The position numbers were made by a program, and so were the translations under genes. The notes below the pieces were generated by a model that was given only the letters and a program-made list of their open reading frames with translations, was not told the origin of the DNA and made no database searches. From Opitutales bacterium (GTDB lineage Bacteria > Verrucomicrobiota > Verrucomicrobiia > Opitutales > UBA2995), in assembly GCA_965250065.1 (NCBI GenBank), contig OZ252288.1, positions 578,693-642,692 on the forward strand: a DNA stretch of 64,000 nt, in the 5' to 3' direction. This document shows positions 17,262-27,234 of this stretch, one piece after another. Position 1 is the stretch's first letter; each line of letters starts with the position of its first letter.

Positions 17262-20057
17262 TTAAAAGGAGGCACGCACTTTTGCCCTTCTGATTTCCCC
17301 AACGTCCTCCAAGAGGAGGTAATTCAGCTTGGAGCCGGAAATGGATTTATTTCTGGACTTACCATCGGTCCCGGTCCATTCAACGGTATAGGCTACCGCA
17401 AACTTTAAGGGGTCGATTCTAAGAAGGACATCGCCGTTTCTTTCAAGGGTTGCTTTAATGGGCGCCACTTCGTCCGGGCGCCCAACCTTCATTGTTGTAA
17501 CGGAAACCTCATGACTCCAGCCGCTCGCGAATCCCCATTGCATAAGACGTCGCATTTGCAGGTAGTAAGTGGCTCCATTTTCGAGATTCGGAATACGAGC
17601 AACCCCTCTCGTTTTAAAAGAAATGGTCTTATCGTAGCGGCCCGGTTCTTTTCCATAACGAACTTCATAAAGGTAATCGGTGGGTCCGACGGAAAATCCG
17701 ACAAAGGCACAACCATGGCCAGCTTCTGTTTCCCAGATTACGGGGGGAAGCTCGCTAAAATCCGTGGTCACGCGAACCACATCTGAAGATCGGGTCTCCC
17801 CTTTTTCATTGGAAGCCACCAAGCGAAGACGGTATTCCTTTCCCTGCTGCAAACCACTTACCGTAACAAATCGATTAATGGTTGGCTCAGTGCGAACCGT
17901 CTTACTTTCGGTTTCATACTCCACCCAGCACTCTTGGGTGTTGTTATCCTTTTGCAGTATCAGCCTGACCTCAGTCTTGCTGCTGTGCGCTTTCAGTATT
18001 TTCGGAGGACCGGGTCTTTCGAGATAAACCGTTTTATCCATCGCCACGTAACCTTGGGGATCGAGCAAGGAAATCTCAATGCGAACAGCCTTGGATAAAC
18101 TTTCGATTTTCTCTGTTTCAAATCCGTAAATTTCCGACCCAGGTTGAATCCGGGGCAAAAGTCGCCAGTCGCCTTCGAGCACCTGTTCATTGGACCCAAA
18201 GACTTCCCAGACAATTCTGTAACGCTCTATGGGATAGGCAGGAAGGTCCAGAGCAAGGCGTGGTCGAAGAGAGCATATTAAGGTATCGCCCTTGGTAAGC
18301 TGCACCTTCAGCTCTTTGAGAGGTGCGTATTCCCTTCGAATAGAATAAAAGGCGCGTTTCGGTTGCCGAAACACATTTACCACTCCCCAGGATCGATTTT
18401 GTGAAGGTCCAGTTGACCAGGTAGGATTCGTCGACTGCCAGAAACTTCGATAATCGTTGAAGGTCCACAGACTGGCACCCATGAGGTAATTTCGCCCCCG
18501 CATGGAGTCCATCATCTTCCCGGCATCCAGAACACCCAGGTTGGGGTCCTCGTGGTTGAGGTGGTTACCATACTCCGACATAAAAACCGGCTTCGGCCCG
18601 TGAAATTGAAAAGCGTTATCTCCGGCTTTGCCCAGATCCCCATAGCTATTGATCAGCAACATGTCCGAGTAGATGACTGCATCCGTTTCCGAGCTCCGGG
18701 CGGAATGCGAGACGTAAACGGCCAGTCGGCTCGGGTCCACCGCTTTTGCCTGCTCCACAGCTCCCTTCACATATTGAAAAACTTTGGGATTGTCCGTGAC
18801 TCGCCCGATTTCGTTTCCGACACTCCACCCGATGACGCAAGGATGATTGAACTTCTCGCGAATAATGCGATTGAGCCATTCTTTGGGGATGGGGTTTTCC
18901 GGATCGACCATGAGATCTCGTCCCCATAGGGGAACCTCCTCGAAAACGAGAATTCCTTTCTCGTCCAAATAATCCAAGTAAGCCTTGGGCAAAGGCAAAT
19001 GACTGAGGCGCATCATATTCGCTCCCAGAGTTTTCAGCATATCCACATCTTCCTGAATGCGCCAGAGGGGCAGAGTGCTCCCAGTGGTGCGATCCTCGGG
19101 AACAATGTTAAATCCAACCAACCGGATGGCTTCACCGTTCAGTTTTAGGTCCGTCCCATCGACCTCAATCGATCGAATACCGAATCGGTCGGTAAGGGTC
19201 TGCACCGTTTGGCCATTTCGGACAAGTTCTACGGTTGATTCGTAAAGCGATGGGGAGTTGAAGTGCCATAAATTCACCTCCTCATCGGGCAACTTAAAGG
19301 AGAATGAAGCCTTGGACTCCTTTTTAGGGCCGATGGAAACCAATTGTAGCGATTTCCTGGATGCGCCGTGTCCGGAAAGGTTCACGCTGACCTCTAAGTT
19401 CTCGGCTGAAAGACTGGTAGAACTCAGATCGACCTCCACCGTAACCTGAGCAGTTCCAGATACCAGATCGGGTTCAGCGGTAATCCATTGTCTATCGATC
19501 TTACAAGCATCACCAACGTCCAACCAAACCGATCGGCGGATGCCACCCCAGTTCCAAATGGCTCCCCGCTTAAAGGTGTTATCAACCCTTAGGACGATCG
19601 AATTCTCGCTTCCGTAACGAAGCTTACCGGCCACCTCGAAATGGAAGGGTAGAAAACCGAGGTTGTTCTGGCCCACTTTTTCACCATTCACCCAAACCTG
19701 GCAATCGTTGTAGACGGCTTCAAAATGCAACTGAATCCGCCTCCCACTCCAATGGGCCGGAACCCCAAATATCTTCTTATACCAGGCCGTACCTGCATAT
19801 TCGGAAAACTCATTCCGCAGGTCCCAATTTCCGGGAACCTCCAAGCTATCCTTAAAATCCTTGCCCTTCTCCCAGCCTTCCTCTTCGCCTACCGCATAGG
19901 GATCGACCTGAAATTCCCATTCACCATCCAGGGACAATCGCTCAGCATGCAGCAATGAAACACATGCGAATAACAAAGAGACTAAAATGCTTTGAAACCC
20001 AAGGTTTGCCGCCATGCCCACAATATTCTGCCACGGCCTGTCGCTGATCAAAGTCAA
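17262..20057 (-). CDS. Glycoside hydrolase family 2 with C-terminal fibronectin-III-like repeats
   Basis: 931-aa ORF. Motifs: WYKKIFGVPAHWSGRRIQLHFEAVYNDCQVWVNGEKVG (GH2 sugar-binding domain), NHPCVIGWSVGNEI (acid/base), FMSEYG (nucleophile region). Confidence 0.85.
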   Translation of the reverse strand: MTLISDRPWQNIVGMAANLGFQSILVSLLFACVSLLHAERLSLDGEWEFQVDPYAVGEEEGWEKGKDFKDSLEVPGNWDLRNEFSEYAGTAWYKKIFGVPAHWSGRRIQLHFEAVYNDCQVWVNGEKVGQNNLGFLPFHFEVAGKLRYGSENSIVLRVDNTFKRGAIWNWGGIRRSVWLDVGDACKIDRQWITAEPDLVSGTAQVTVEVDLSSTSLSAENLEVSVNLSGHGASRKSLQLVSIGPKKESKASFSFKLPDEEVNLWHFNSPSLYESTVELVRNGQTVQTLTDRFGIRSIEVDGTDLKLNGEAIRLVGFNIVPEDRTTGSTLPLWRIQEDVDMLKTLGANMMRLSHLPLPKAYLDYLDEKGILVFEEVPLWGRDLMVDPENPIPKEWLNRIIREKFNHPCVIGWSVGNEIGRVTDNPKVFQYVKGAVEQAKAVDPSRLAVYVSHSARSSETDAVIYSDMLLINSYGDLGKAGDNAFQFHGPKPVFMSEYGNHLNHEDPNLGVLDAGKMMDSMRGRNYLMGASLWTFNDYRSFWQSTNPTWSTGPSQNRSWGVVNVFRQPKRAFYSIRREYAPLKELKVQLTKGDTLICSLRPRLALDLPAYPIERYRIVWEVFGSNEQVLEGDWRLLPRIQPGSEIYGFETEKIESLSKAVRIEISLLDPQGYVAMDKTVYLERPGPPKILKAHSSKTEVRLILQKDNNTQECWVEYETESKTVRTEPTINRFVTVSGLQQGKEYRLRLVASNEKGETRSSDVVRVTTDFSELPPVIWETEAGHGCAFVGFSVGPTDYLYEVRYGKEPGRYDKTISFKTRGVARIPNLENGATYYLQMRRLMQWGFASGWSHEVSVTTMKVGRPDEVAPIKATLERNGDVLLRIDPLKFAVAYTVEWTGTDGKSRNKSISGSKLNYLLLEDVGEIRRAKVRASF

Positions 20058-20080
20058 AATGAGTCAACCTTTGATCTGTG

Positions 20081-21019
20081 CTAGGTATGCGCCTTGAAGA
20101 ATTCCCCGATTCGGTTGATGGCGGTATGTACTTCCGGAATACCAGGTACGAGATGTTCGCTGTTATGCCAGGCGTGGGGAACATCGTCGTAGGCCTCAAA
20201 CTCCACCGGCACACCAGCCCGACGCGCTTTTTTGGCGTAGGCCTCGGCATCGCCATACATGGTTTCCAGTTTACCGACCTGGATCAGCATTGGAGGCAAA
20301 CCTGAGAGGTCGGAGAACACCGGAGAAGCCAGCGGATGTTTGGGATCAGCCCCGTCGAGGTATTGCTTGGCCATGCGGTCCAAATGGTCCTTTGAAATAG
20401 AGCAATCCAAATCGGCGTTAGTGCGGTAGGTGGAGGCGCTTTGCGTCAGATCGGTCCAAGGCGATGTGAAAACCGCCGCGGCTGGTTGGCTCTCGCCGGT
20501 TTGTTTGAGCTTTGTCAACAAGGCCGCAGTCAATCCTCCTCCTGCTGAGCTACCACCCACCACGATACGATTAGGCGGGATACCCCGCATCAAGAGCCAT
20601 TGGTAGGCAGTATAGGAATCGTCAATGGCGGCCGGAAAGGTATGCTCGGGCGCTAGCCGGTAATCTACGGTGAAACAGCGGCATCCACAAGCTGCGCTCA
20701 GATTGGAAGCAATCATCCGGCTGGCTGGTCCCGAACTTCGGCAATAACCACCACCATGCAGAAAGAGGAAAATACTCTCCGAACTTGGGGTTCCGTAAAT
20801 CACCCACTCTCCATAGATCCCGTCCGCATCGGAAGGCTCGACCTTTGTCCCGGGTCGGGGTTCATAACCACCGACGAAAGGGCCATCGCGGAGCGCTTCA
20901 ATCGAATGCCCAAGGGCGGGTTTGCTGGCCCACCTGAGGGCGATTAGTGCTTTCAGTTGCTCACTGGCCATGCGGTTGTCTCTCTCGTTTTGGATGGGGC
21001 TTAGTGCCGAATTTACCAA
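20081..21019 (-). CDS. Alpha/beta hydrolase fold-3 esterase (HSL-like)
   Basis: 312-aa ORF. It has an HGGGY oxyanion motif and a GGSSAGGG nucleophile elbow. Confidence 0.8.
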   Translation of the reverse strand: MVNSALSPIQNERDNRMASEQLKALIALRWASKPALGHSIEALRDGPFVGGYEPRPGTKVEPSDADGIYGEWVIYGTPSSESIFLFLHGGGYCRSSGPASRMIASNLSAACGCRCFTVDYRLAPEHTFPAAIDDSYTAYQWLLMRGIPPNRIVVGGSSAGGGLTAALLTKLKQTGESQPAAAVFTSPWTDLTQSASTYRTNADLDCSISKDHLDRMAKQYLDGADPKHPLASPVFSDLSGLPPMLIQVGKLETMYGDAEAYAKKARRAGVPVEFEAYDDVPHAWHNSEHLVPGIPEVHTAINRIGEFFKAHT

Positions 21020-21148
21020 ACGTGGATTTCTTTAAAACCCGCTGAGTTTCGTAAATAATGCCCAGGTTAGAGAATGTCGTCTTCAAAAAGCGAGCCATAC
21101 TTGGGTCAACCGTCAACCTTTGACAGGGTCTGATTACCGGGTCGCTCG

Positions 21149-22351
21149 TTGACAACGAGGCAACCGCAGGACAAGATGATTCCCATGCGCAGGTATACGC
21201 GTCGCGACATTCTGACCGCCCTGGGAACGCTGGGTGGAATGGGGGCCATGCAATTGGCTTTCGGGCGAGCCTATGCGACAACCTCTCCATCGGCCGCCAG
21301 TCAGCGGATAACCCGATTTGAAGTGATCCCCGTGAGGGTCCCCATGAACGAACGCATCCGGGAGGTCTTTGCCGAAGTCTACCGAAAGCAGGGCATCAAT
21401 CGCGACTACTACGACTCAACACTGGTCAAACTCTATACCAACGAAGGATTGGTGGGAATTGGCGACGCGCTCATGAACGTGGAAGACTCGTTGGGTAGCG
21501 TGCCGCATGCAGAGGCTATTTGTAAAAGGCTTATAAACCATTCACCCTGGGAATTTTTGCTGGATGACAGCCTGGGAGGGGTCCTGATGGCGGTTTACGA
21601 TTTGATCGGGCAGGCATCGGGATTGCCGGTGTCGCGACTCTTCGCAGCGAAGCCGAAGAAGCACATCGTTCAGGCTTGGTGGAGCCAATGTTTTCCGCCC
21701 GACCTGATGGCGTCGGAGGCAAAACTGGGATACGAGTTAGGTTACCGTGTCCACAAGGTGAAAGCCCGTCCCTTTGAAGACCCGGTTGAACAGGCAGAAG
21801 CAATTACCTACGCCATACCATCGGACGTCCGCATTTGGGCCGACGCAAACGGTACCTGGGAAACAGTTGAGCATTCCCTGTATATGGGCCAACGACTGGC
21901 CCGTTTTCCCCAATACTTCGCCATCGAGACACCCTGCGAGCTCAACAGCATCGAACCTTTTCGTCAGCTTAAAGGTCGCTTTCCCTTGGACCTGGCGGAA
22001 CATATTCCTGAGGATCCCATGCCCTTCATCCGTGAGAAATTGGTGCAAGCCCTAGTGGTGGGAGGCCCCATTGGTAAGGGCTTGATGCAAAGAGCGCTCA
22101 TGGCCGAAATTACAAGAATTCCGTTGTGGGTTCAGCACAGTATTTTTACCGGTGTGGCCCAGGTGTTTCAGGCCCATCAGGCAGCTGCCTTTCCCGGCAT
22201 CGAATATGCCGTAAGTATTACCCATGTCATTCAAGATGACCTCATGGCCGAGTCATTCAAAATGAAGGACGGCCTTTTTAAAGTGCCGACCAAGCCGGGG
22301 CTGGGGGTTCACTTTGATGAGGGTGCAGTGGACAAGTATCGTCGTGGCTGA
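21149..22351 (+). CDS. Enolase-superfamily (mandelate racemase/muconate lactonizing) enzyme with twin-arginine signal
   Basis: Motifs: YTRRDILTALGTLGGMGAMQLAFGRAYA (Tat-like), HKVKARPF, WADANGTW. The real start is probably the ATG at 21176 or 21185. Confidence 0.75.
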   Translation: MTTRQPQDKMIPMRRYTRRDILTALGTLGGMGAMQLAFGRAYATTSPSAASQRITRFEVIPVRVPMNERIREVFAEVYRKQGINRDYYDSTLVKLYTNEGLVGIGDALMNVEDSLGSVPHAEAICKRLINHSPWEFLLDDSLGGVLMAVYDLIGQASGLPVSRLFAAKPKKHIVQAWWSQCFPPDLMASEAKLGYELGYRVHKVKARPFEDPVEQAEAITYAIPSDVRIWADANGTWETVEHSLYMGQRLARFPQYFAIETPCELNSIEPFRQLKGRFPLDLAEHIPEDPMPFIREKLVQALVVGGPIGKGLMQRALMAEITRIPLWVQHSIFTGVAQVFQAHQAAAFPGIEYAVSITHVIQDDLMAESFKMKDGLFKVPTKPGLGVHFDEGAVDKYRRG

Positions 22352-22451
22352 TAAGCGGATCTAGTGTGGTGTGTGAAAAACTTATGGTGATTTAATTTCT
22401 ATTTCCGGATAAGAATATGAAATATGAACATTGACCCTTTTAGCTGTCCCT

Positions 22452-25394
22452 CTATGTTCTATTATTAACCTTGCGATAAAGAAATGCGTCGGAAGTAAGC
22501 AGTGATATCAACAATGCATTCATGCTACCGCCACTATCTTCATAAGCCTTATAGGCATTCTGGAGAACAGGAGCATCGTTGATGGTTTCATTTCGTCCCA
22601 TCCAGTAACGGAATGCATGGCGCACAAACACCTGCTTCACACGCTCACTGCGGGAGAGCTTTTCGATCATCTCCAGGGCATTGTTGACCGGCCCATCCAA
22701 GTCAGCATCGCCACTGTCGATGATTTCACCTTCAGTATTGACGGGTCTTCCAAGTTCAGTGGTACGGTAAAGACCAGCGTGGTTATACATTTCAAAAGGC
22801 AAACCCAGTGGATCCATTTTCTGGTGGCATTTCCAACAATATTTTTCTCGAGTAACCCGCATGCGATGACGCAGTGAATTTTCAGGCTCATCCGGCAACA
22901 TCGCATCTACGGTAATTGGCACATCTGCAATGGCTCCGCCCAAAAGGCGCTCGCGAATCCATTTGCCGCGCAAGATGGCGTGATTGTCCATGGCATCAGA
23001 GTAGGCTACCAGCCAGTTGGGGTGAGTAAGGATTCCCATGCGCTGGTCAGCGGGAAGTGTAGTGAGACGCCTTTCGCTCGTCGACGAAACCGTTTTGTCG
23101 CCACCTTTCGGGTTGGCGATTTCGTCTAATATTTGAAGCCGTACATGGATGGCCTCGCCTGGTGTCTTGGTGGATTTTGCTTCTTTATAAAGAACGATGG
23201 GAGTGCCTTTAGCTAAAAATTGAACCGCATCGGCAACGACCATACCATCGCTGCCCTCCGCAGAAATTTCGACCGCATCCCATTGGCCGGATTGAAATTC
23301 AAAAGAACCCAAAGACTGAAAATAACCGTCCGACCTGCGCTTATTAAAACTACCCGGTTTCAATCTTTGGTCGATACGAAAGGTTGATAGTTCTGCGTCA
23401 TTATGGCGAACGGCCACGAGCGTTTTGGACGACCGGTTCGGGTGCTGGGCAATTGAAATACGTACCTCGTACTTACCTCCCTTGGGAAACTTCACGGGAT
23501 AAACCACTTTATTACTTGGAGTTTTGGTAAAGAGGTACTCAGAACCCACACGGTTTGTAATACCGTTGGATTCAGACCACCGCCCAATGACTTTTGCATC
23601 CGTGTTGTCCACGACAATTCCCGGTAAGTCTTTGGCTTGTAAAGGGGGCAGGGCGTTTTTCTTCTCTTCTTTTACGCTTACAAGCTTATTGTCCTTTCGC
23701 ACAAAAAGCGGTTTGCCGTTTTCATCCACTACATTTCCGCTTTTACTCAATTCCCTGAAATATGCCTCAGCCCTGGGGTCTTCGGGCAGAATAGCCCGGT
23801 CCGTGGTCAGTAATTCGGCAAGGACATTCTTGTCTTCCTCCAAGATCAATTCAACCAGACGGTTTGTGTTGGTCGTCAAATCGACCATGAGGTAGCGGTG
23901 CGATTTGCTCTTGTCTAGGCCACCGGCCTTCATCAGGAGGATGTCATCCTTATCAATTTTACTGGCGAGGTGGTAATCAAAATACTCTCTAAAGAAACGC
24001 AGAATTGCAGGTTTGCGAATGCTGTCATCGTTAAGTATGCGAGTGACTTCTCTTTTGACATCCTCCCTGGTCGTCAAGCGCCCACCCTCAAGCGCTTGTT
24101 TAAGTTTCCTGTCTGGGGCAAGATAAGAAAAGGCTGCATTGATGGCCAAAACCAATTCCTGCCCCTGTAACATGACGCGTCCATACTCGTCGGGTTGACC
24201 GGCCTTACCCAGTTCCGGGCGAAAGAGTGCGGCGCGGTCGAGGAAGATCGGTGTCAGCCCCAGGATTGCCCCCTCCTCTTTTCCAAGGTCCTCGATGGAC
24301 TCCTTGACAATTTTGAGATAGGCGGCGGTTTCGTCCGTATTAGGTGGTCGCAGCGTCAAAGCTTCGAATAGAAAACTAACGGCTGCCTTAAGTCGCCCAT
24401 CACTGACACCGGGTTTCGCCATCAAATCATAGACCGGAGTGATCGGCCGGTTTGATGTTTTGTAGTAAAAAACACCCTCTGGAGTGCCATGCTTGGTTAG
24501 AATCGTTCGGCCTTTGTAGATCGCTTTCCCTTTGTGTTTTTCATCTATATCTCCCACATGATCTACAAATTGAAAGGGTTTGCCTTTGGGGCCGTAGGCC
24601 ATGAAGCGAATGATGGCTTCCGCATCGTTGGCTATTCGCAAGGTTTCAGAGCTGTTGACTGAATGTAGGTAGGGGTAGTCTTGCAGCCCCCGTTTTACCT
24701 TTGTACTTAACACGGGAGTGATTTTTTCGAGGCCGGAATGAAGAGAGAAAGAGGTGCCTACCCAGTCAATCGTGTCTTGAATGCCAAGGTAAATATTGGT
24801 CCCGAATCTCATTTGTGCGGGGATATGGTCACCACGGGTTCTGACTCCGGGTTTTTCTGGGTTGTAGGGAGGCTCAATGGTCACGAGTTCGTTGAGTCTG
24901 GTGAAGTGCTCCTGTGGATGCAGGCGCCAGATGCGAGCCGGAGAAGATGTCGGTTCCAGGTTCTTTGGTAAATCACCAAACAATAAGTTATGATCCAAAA
25001 GATTGCCTTTGGATGGGTGAAGGTGCTCATGATAACCGCCCTTGTCTTTCAGGACTCGCTGCAGTTCTTCCACAATATCTTCGGTCAATTGATGGCGCTC
25101 CTCGAGTTGCGGTTGAGTCTTTTTCTTCTTGGGAGGCATTTGTTTCAGAACAACCTGTTCCAATATGCTTTTCCACAACCGGGCGTTGTCCGCATTGATC
25201 CCATTCAAATGCTCAAAGGAAATATCGCCTTTTTGTTCGACGTCATCATGACAGTCCAGGCAATAGTTCTCCAAAAAGGGTTCGAACCGGGACTCATAGG
25301 TCGTTGAATCGCCTGCCTCGTGTGTCGCCGCCAAAAGCGAGAAATGCGCCACGATAATAAATAGAACGCAAAGCGATTTTCGCGACGTCATCAA
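22452..25394 (-). CDS. Divergent DUF1592/1588-type CxxCH protein with an inserted beta-sandwich (CBD-like) module
   Basis: 980-aa ORF. It has CLDCHDD near the N-terminus and CWKCHQKMDPLGLPFEMYNHAGLYR near the C-terminus. An internal segment runs VVDNTDAKVIGRW...GMVVADAVQFL. Confidence 0.75.
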   Translation of the reverse strand: MMTSRKSLCVLFIIVAHFSLLAATHEAGDSTTYESRFEPFLENYCLDCHDDVEQKGDISFEHLNGINADNARLWKSILEQVVLKQMPPKKKKTQPQLEERHQLTEDIVEELQRVLKDKGGYHEHLHPSKGNLLDHNLLFGDLPKNLEPTSSPARIWRLHPQEHFTRLNELVTIEPPYNPEKPGVRTRGDHIPAQMRFGTNIYLGIQDTIDWVGTSFSLHSGLEKITPVLSTKVKRGLQDYPYLHSVNSSETLRIANDAEAIIRFMAYGPKGKPFQFVDHVGDIDEKHKGKAIYKGRTILTKHGTPEGVFYYKTSNRPITPVYDLMAKPGVSDGRLKAAVSFLFEALTLRPPNTDETAAYLKIVKESIEDLGKEEGAILGLTPIFLDRAALFRPELGKAGQPDEYGRVMLQGQELVLAINAAFSYLAPDRKLKQALEGGRLTTREDVKREVTRILNDDSIRKPAILRFFREYFDYHLASKIDKDDILLMKAGGLDKSKSHRYLMVDLTTNTNRLVELILEEDKNVLAELLTTDRAILPEDPRAEAYFRELSKSGNVVDENGKPLFVRKDNKLVSVKEEKKNALPPLQAKDLPGIVVDNTDAKVIGRWSESNGITNRVGSEYLFTKTPSNKVVYPVKFPKGGKYEVRISIAQHPNRSSKTLVAVRHNDAELSTFRIDQRLKPGSFNKRRSDGYFQSLGSFEFQSGQWDAVEISAEGSDGMVVADAVQFLAKGTPIVLYKEAKSTKTPGEAIHVRLQILDEIANPKGGDKTVSSTSERRLTTLPADQRMGILTHPNWLVAYSDAMDNHAILRGKWIRERLLGGAIADVPITVDAMLPDEPENSLRHRMRVTREKYCWKCHQKMDPLGLPFEMYNHAGLYRTTELGRPVNTEGEIIDSGDADLDGPVNNALEMIEKLSRSERVKQVFVRHAFRYWMGRNETINDAPVLQNAYKAYEDSGGSMNALLISLLTSDAFLYRKVNNRT

Positions 25395-25407
25395 AACTTC
25401 CTTACCT

Positions 25408-26751
25408 TTATACCAAAAGCTCTCTTAGAGGACCAAAGTGGGAATCGTACTGAACGGCATTGGTTTTACTCATATTGTAACGATCGCAAGGAGCTCCAAC
25501 GGCATCCAGTAAAGTCGCGTAGAGGGCATTGATCGGTCGTGATCCATCGAACTGGACAAAGCGACCGGTTTTGAACCGCCCGCTGCAATTCCCCAGAAGG
25601 ATGAAGGGCCAGGTAGAGCCATTCGTATGTTGTTTGTCAGCGTTATTACTGGTGTAGACTATGAGTGTATTGTCCATCATCGTTCCATCCCCTTCAGGCA
25701 CGGATTCGAGGGATTTCATCAGTTTCACCAGCATGCGGCAGTTATACTGGCGGATTTTATGCCAGATGGGATTTCCTTCCTGTTCCATGTGACCCAGGAA
25801 GTGGCCAGTGGATTTCACTCCCAGGCCTTCCCATGAACCCCAGACGTCTCCCCGTCCCGAGGCGACGGTTAGCGTATTAGTCAGGCCTGATCTTAAGGAG
25901 GCAATACCAATATCCAGAAGGGCGTCATGCCAATCTGTTTCATACTGCGGAGAGAGATACTTTTCGCTAAATTCCGGTTTAAACTTTTTGAGCGGCTCGG
26001 AATAAGCGCTGAGTTTTCGACGCAAATCATTGATATCACTGAAGCCATTAACATAGGATCCATAGCGCACCAAATCGCTTTCAAGCAATTCGCTCTTTCC
26101 CTTTGCCGCAATTGATTCCACCTCTTTGAAAATACGGGATTTGGCTTCGTATCTCTTCTTCATTTCTCCGTCTGCAATGCTGCCAAACAGAGTTTGGTAG
26201 AGATGGTTGGGGTTGCAATGCATGTAAAGTGGCTTCCCCGGTCCGGAAGCGGACAAAGCCGTTACGGCGGGCTGACTTTCCATGCTGGAGAGGTCTCCCA
26301 TGCCGATGCGAAGATGAGGCAGTATCGTCTGTGGCAGCAAATTGCTTATGGTGTAGTCAATTGTTTCTGCGCTGGGAGCCCTATGCTCGCCGCCGGGGTA
26401 ACCCCCCAGGGCACCGTAATACGCACTATGAGTGGGAGTGGTATGCAGTCCATGCAGGCCATTGACGATGTTAATTTTGTCCAAATAGGGTTCCAGTGGC
26501 CTTATCGATTCGGGTAATTTCGCGCCAGACAATGAAGCGCTTTGCTTCATGCCTATTGGGATACAGGTATCTGTATGAAAGCCATTGTTCTGCAAGAAAA
26601 AGATCACACGCTTGGGTATGCCGGTGACGACTGATTTGTTTTCGCTGGCCCCCATTACTGACCCCAGCACTGAAGGAACAAAGGATGGATCTAAAGCCGC
26701 GCCTGCGCCGCTGACAATCATCCCTTTAAGCATCGTTCTTCTAGTGATCAT
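25408..26751 (-). CDS. Divergent DUF1552-like protein with twin-arginine signal
   Basis: 447-aa ORF. Motifs: MITRRTMLKGMIVSGAGAA and YTSNNADKQHTNGSTWPFILLGN. It lies 13 bp upstream of, and co-oriented with, 22452-25394. Confidence 0.7.
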   Translation of the reverse strand: MITRRTMLKGMIVSGAGAALDPSFVPSVLGSVMGASENKSVVTGIPKRVIFFLQNNGFHTDTCIPIGMKQSASLSGAKLPESIRPLEPYLDKINIVNGLHGLHTTPTHSAYYGALGGYPGGEHRAPSAETIDYTISNLLPQTILPHLRIGMGDLSSMESQPAVTALSASGPGKPLYMHCNPNHLYQTLFGSIADGEMKKRYEAKSRIFKEVESIAAKGKSELLESDLVRYGSYVNGFSDINDLRRKLSAYSEPLKKFKPEFSEKYLSPQYETDWHDALLDIGIASLRSGLTNTLTVASGRGDVWGSWEGLGVKSTGHFLGHMEQEGNPIWHKIRQYNCRMLVKLMKSLESVPEGDGTMMDNTLIVYTSNNADKQHTNGSTWPFILLGNCSGRFKTGRFVQFDGSRPINALYATLLDAVGAPCDRYNMSKTNAVQYDSHFGPLRELLV

Positions 26752-26870
26752 AAATCTTATCTCCTTTTATTTTTTAAACGGTTATTATATATCGATTTCG
26801 AAAGGAGTGAAGCAAAATAATGTGTACTGAAAAAAGTGGACACACGATTCTCTTACCGGAGAAACTACTT

Positions 26871-27060
26871 ATGCCACGAAAACGTTACCGTGCCGAGTTC
26901 AAAAAGGAGGCGGCAGCTCTGATGACCGTGCGCTGCATAGTGCTATGCACGGCGCAAGCGTAATGGAGGGGCTGAGCGCGCGGGCGGTCTCGGATAAACT
27001 GGGAGTGAAGCCGGGGGCACTCGGAAAATCTACAGAACCATTCTTGAACAGTGCGAACAA
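26871..27060 (+). mobile_element. Degraded IS3-family orfA (transposase HTH) fragment
   Basis: MPRKRYRAEFKKEAAAL... stops after 30 codons. A shifted frame continues GLSARAVSDKLGVKPGAL. Both resemble the N-terminal HTH of IS3/IS911 OrfA. No orfB and no terminal repeats were seen. Confidence 0.45.
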
Positions 27061-27234
27061 GCCTAACGAAAATTTTGCACTGGGGTGGGCACTCCAATTT
27101 TCATTGGGGCAACTGTCAACCAACTCTCTCACTTTACCGGCTTGCACTTTCAACATTAAGCCTTTAGCATACTTTTCCTTGAAATTATTTGGAATCAGCC
27201 ATCGCTCCATGGGAATCTCCAAGAACAGGGTGCC

